Notes under the pieces: generated by a model | The model's database searches: none | What the model saw: only the letters and a program-made list of their open reading frames with translations | Told to the model about the DNA's origin: nothing | Shown: positions 61,364-64,000 of the stretch, one piece after another | How the letters are laid out: every line of letters begins with the position of its first letter | Numbering within the stretch: position 1 is the first letter of the stretch | From: Coriobacteriales bacterium | GTDB lineage: Bacteria; Actinomycetota; Coriobacteriia; Coriobacteriales; CADBOM01 | DNA length: 64,000 nt | Reading direction: 5' to 3' | Assembly: GCA_050946275.1 (NCBI GenBank) | Contig: JBMNUM010000001.1 | Location: forward strand, 92,690-156,689 | Made by a program: the position numbers and the translations under genes

Positions 61364-62116
61364 GTGGGCGCTGCCGAGACAGAGAAGCTTGCCGTGATCA
61401 TCGGGCGCGAGGGCGTGGAGCTGCTCGCGAACTCGACCGTCATGGTGCTCGGATGCGGCGGTGTGGGGTCGAGCTGTGTCGAGGCGCTCGCGCGCAGCGG
61501 CGTGGGCCGGCTCATCATCGTCGATCGCGACGTGGTCTCAGAGAGCAACATCAACCGCCAGGCCATCGCGTTCCACTCCACGCTCGGGCGCAGGAAGGTC
61601 GACGTGATGCGCGACATGATCCACGACATCAACCCGGCCATCGAGGTCGAGGCGCACGACGTCTTCCTGCTCTCGGAGAGCGTGGGGGAGTTCATGGACG
61701 AGTTCGCCGGGCGTGCCGATTGGGTGATCGACGCGATTGACAGCATCGCCGTGAAGCTCGCGCTGACGGAGCACGCGCAGCGCACCGGCATACGGCTCGT
61801 GAGCAGCATGGGCGGCGGCAACAAGCTCCACCCCGAGTTCTTCGCGTTCGCGGACCTCTACGACACGGTCAACTGCCCCGTGTGCCGCATCATGCGCAAG
61901 GAGGGCCGCAAGCGGGGCATCGAGCGGCTTCCCGTGCTGTACTCGTCGGAGCTGCCGGCCAAGACGGAGACGGCTCCGGGTGCCACGCGGGCCGACCGTT
62001 CGGACCTCGGGACGATGTCGTACATCCCGCCGATCATGGGGCAGATGCTGGCCGGATGGGTGATCCGGCAGCTGCTGGGGATGGACCCCGATCCGTATGG
62101 CGGTGGGCATGAGTAG
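61364..62116 (+). CDS. tcdA: ThiF/MoeB-family tRNA threonylcarbamoyladenosine dehydratase (TcdA-like).
   Basis: VMVLGCGGVGSSCVEALARSGVGRLIIVDRDVVSESNINRQ Rossmann/ATP motif. Length and overall pattern fit TcdA/CsdL. GTG 61364 is chosen over the ORF-track start at 61214, which crosses the terminator. Confidence 0.8.
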   Translation: MGAAETEKLAVIIGREGVELLANSTVMVLGCGGVGSSCVEALARSGVGRLIIVDRDVVSESNINRQAIAFHSTLGRRKVDVMRDMIHDINPAIEVEAHDVFLLSESVGEFMDEFAGRADWVIDAIDSIAVKLALTEHAQRTGIRLVSSMGGGNKLHPEFFAFADLYDTVNCPVCRIMRKEGRKRGIERLPVLYSSELPAKTETAPGATRADRSDLGTMSYIPPIMGQMLAGWVIRQLLGMDPDPYGGGHE

Positions 62117-62909
62117 CGTGCTGGACGTGGCCGGTGCCGGGTGGGCGGACGCCGGTGCGGTGACATTCGAGGAAGTGCTGGGCGCTGCGGGGTCGCCTTT
62201 AGACGCGCTCCCGCTTCACGACGCGCATTGCCATCTCGACTTCATGGCCGATGGCGAGCAGGTTGCCGCGGATGCGCTGGTGGCCGGGTGCGCCATCTTC
62301 GCGAACACGGTGGAGCCGGAGGCGTTCTCGCAGGTGAGCAAGCGATTCGCTCCGTATTCCAACGTGTCGGTCGGTTTGGGCTTGCACCCGTGGTGGGTGC
62401 GGGAAGACCCTCACGCGCAGATTCAGGCGTTCTCGGAGGCATTCGAGGCGTCGGGGACGCGCTTCGTGGGCGAGGTCGGATTGGACTTCGGCAAGCGCGC
62501 GGGCGCGACGCGCGATGCGCAGACCGTGGCGTTCGAGGCCATCGCCGCGCTGGCGGGGGAGCGGGGCGGATGCACGCTCTCGATTCACGCCGTACGCAGC
62601 GCGGGGACGGTGCTCGATATCCTGGAGGGCGCGGGCGCGCTCGGGAATTGCACGTGTATCTTCCACTGGTTCTCGGGCTCGTCCGACGAGCTGCAGCGGG
62701 CCGTGCGGGCGGGCTGCCTTTTCTCGGTCAACGAGATGATGGCGGCGTCGCGCCGGGGACGCGAGTACATCAAGGCGATTCCCGCCGCACAGCTTCTGCT
62801 GGAGACGGATGCCCCGCCCGAGGACGAGCGCGGCGCATATGCTTACGAGCGCCTCGAGGCGAGCCTGCGCAATGCGCTGGCGGCGATTGGGGAGCTGAAA
62901 GGCCGATGA
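62097..62909 (+). CDS. tatD: TatD-family metal-dependent hydrolase.
   Basis: HDAHCHLDF, GLHPW, EVGLDF, SIHAV, FHWFSGS and LLETDAP motifs. Start ATG 62097 or ATG 62109. Confidence 0.82.
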   Translation: MAVGMSSVLDVAGAGWADAGAVTFEEVLGAAGSPLDALPLHDAHCHLDFMADGEQVAADALVAGCAIFANTVEPEAFSQVSKRFAPYSNVSVGLGLHPWWVREDPHAQIQAFSEAFEASGTRFVGEVGLDFGKRAGATRDAQTVAFEAIAALAGERGGCTLSIHAVRSAGTVLDILEGAGALGNCTCIFHWFSGSSDELQRAVRAGCLFSVNEMMAASRRGREYIKAIPAAQLLLETDAPPEDERGAYAYERLEASLRNALAAIGELKGR

Positions 62910-62931
62910 GCAGGGATGACTGCCGTCTTTG

Positions 62932-63726
62932 ATGCATCGGGTTCGGCGGGGAGATCAGATGGGGCGGAAACGCATGCATAGCGTGGTGCTGATAGTGGTC
63001 GGCGTGCTCGTGCTGGGCATGTTCGCGCTGCCCCTTGCGCGCAGCGCGGTCAATCTCGGCAGCGTGCTCGGCATCGCCATCGGGCTCGTGCTGCTGCTCT
63101 ACGGCATCTTCTTCCGAGCCGTCAACAGCGGCATCGCGCACATATGGCAGGGGATGGCCGGACGGGTCGTGCTCTGCATCGTCGGTGCCGTCGTGGTGGC
63201 GGCGATCGCCGTGGGCGCTGTTGCAGGTGTCCATATCGCCGGCGCGCTTGCCAAGGCGCCTGCGGAGAACGCAACCGTCGTGGCGCTCGGCTGCAAGGTG
63301 CGCGGCACGGTGCCGAGCCTGTCGCTCTACCATCGCATCGAGGCGGCCGCCGACTATCTCGAGGAGCATCCGGATGCGGTGTGCATCCTCGCCGGCGGGC
63401 AGGGAGATGCCGAGGACATCTCGGAGGCCGAGTGCATGTACCGTTATCTCGTCGACATGGGCATCGATCCCGACCGTCTCATCAAGGAGGATGAGTCGAC
63501 GACGACGGTGGAGAACATCGCCAATGCGAAGGCCATCATCGAGGAGCGCGGCCTCTCGCGCGATCTCGCGCTCGTGACGAACGGCTATCACCAGTACCGC
63601 GCCCAGCTCATCGCGCGCGAGCAGGGCCTCGAGGCCGGTGCCGTGTGCGCCAAGACGGCCTGGTGGCTCGTCCCCACGTACGTGCTCCGGGAGATCTGCG
63701 CCATAGCCCACGAGTGGCTGCCGTAG
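62932..63726 (+). CDS. DUF218 (YdcF/ElyC/SanA-like) membrane-associated protein.
   Basis: Two to three N-terminal TM segments, then VVALGCKVRG...LAGGQGDAEDISEAECMYRYL...ESTTTVENI...LVTNGYHQYRA, typical of DUF218. Confidence 0.8.
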   Translation: MHRVRRGDQMGRKRMHSVVLIVVGVLVLGMFALPLARSAVNLGSVLGIAIGLVLLLYGIFFRAVNSGIAHIWQGMAGRVVLCIVGAVVVAAIAVGAVAGVHIAGALAKAPAENATVVALGCKVRGTVPSLSLYHRIEAAADYLEEHPDAVCILAGGQGDAEDISEAECMYRYLVDMGIDPDRLIKEDESTTTVENIANAKAIIEERGLSRDLALVTNGYHQYRAQLIAREQGLEAGAVCAKTAWWLVPTYVLREICAIAHEWLP

Positions 63727-63788
63727 CGAGGCGGTTACAGACTGCAGGGACCGTGGCAATGACGGTCGTCGTCGTTGTCGTCAAATTT

Positions 63789-63860
63789 GTGTACACAAGT
63801 TCGAAAAAACTTCGGTTTTGCTGTTCGAAAACGGGGGGGGTTTCGGCAACTTGTGTACAC
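63789..63860. repeat. 13-bp inverted repeat (GTGTACACAAGTT / AACTTGTGTACAC) enclosing two small hairpins. It lies between convergent gene ends.
   Basis: Arms at 63789-63801 and 63848-63860. Inner hairpins are AAAAC-ttcg-GTTTT and CGAAA-acgggggggg-TTTCG. The stretch is locally AT-rich. Confidence 0.6.
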
Positions 63861-63948
63861 TAATTCGCAATCCTCGCGGCGTCCGCCCGTTTCCCGCTCT
63901 CGCTCGGAGCGCCCCGTTCCTCCTGCGCGGTCCGCTTCCGAAAGGCGG

Positions 63949-64000
63949 CTACCCTTCCTTGCGGTGCTCGTCGGCGAAGCGGTTGAAGAAGGCCATCACC
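63949..64000 (-). CDS. 3' end of an unidentified minus-strand gene running off the window.
   Basis: The minus-strand frame reads ...VMAFFNRFADEHRKEG-stop (TAG at 63949-63951) with strongly GC3-biased codons. Too short to assign a function. Confidence 0.3.
   Translation of the reverse strand, partial: VMAFFNRFADEHRKEG

Overview
High-GC (about 63-66%) bacterial chromosome segment, almost entirely core cell-envelope and cell-division genes. The gene content points to Actinomycetota, most likely Coriobacteriia (inference from gene content only; no database search was possible). The supporting features are: no ftsA; sepF and divIVA present; an fhaA-fhaB-pstP-rodA-pbpA-pknB block. Layout, left to right. 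(1) 0.6-10.5 kb: a two-subunit biotin carboxylase/carboxyltransferase pair, then asp23-nusB-xseB-dxs-tlyA-nadK-recN. (2) 10.9-17.4 kb: murJ on the minus strand, divergent from a three-gene operon of two paralogous zinc-ribbon membrane proteins flanking a transglutaminase-like protein. (3) xerD-like recombinase on the minus strand. (4) 19.8-35.5 kb: dcw cluster mraZ-rsmH-ftsL-ftsI-murE-murF-mraY-murD-ftsW-murG-murC-murB-ftsQ. (5) 35.5-42.6 kb: a five-gene mixed-orientation block separating ftsQ from ftsZ (nnrD, a ricin-lectin/transglutaminase lipoprotein, a PPC/DUF296 protein, an Ala/Pro-rich surface protein, an MFS transporter). (6) 42.7-48.3 kb: ftsZ-pgeF-yggS-sepF-proC-yggT-divIVA-DUF167. 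(7) 48.4-51.9 kb: rnpB, four minus-strand tRNAs (Glu, Gln, Arg, Leu) and a TerC-family gene. (8) 52.0-61.2 kb: a Hanks kinase with a polytopic membrane domain, fhaA, fhaB, pstP, a single-ORF RodA-PbpA fusion, and a PASTA kinase (pknB). (9) tcdA, tatD and a DUF218 gene. I saw no CRISPR array, transposase, toxin or recognisable defence system. The features worth a second look are mostly non-coding: two related families of palindromic intergenic repeats at five loci; a 27-bp palindrome present three times in two divergent promoter regions; a two-copy hairpin-plus-tail element with compensatory stem changes; 10-bp-phased direct repeats upstream of mraZ; and a duplicated tRNA-Arg 3' end. Coding oddities are the RodA-PbpA fusion with a retained internal SD+ATG, TSP3-like DxDGDG motifs inside FtsQ, and the ftsQ/ftsZ split. 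All coordinates and functions come from reading the ORF translations and the nucleotide sequence by eye. Start codons are best guesses.
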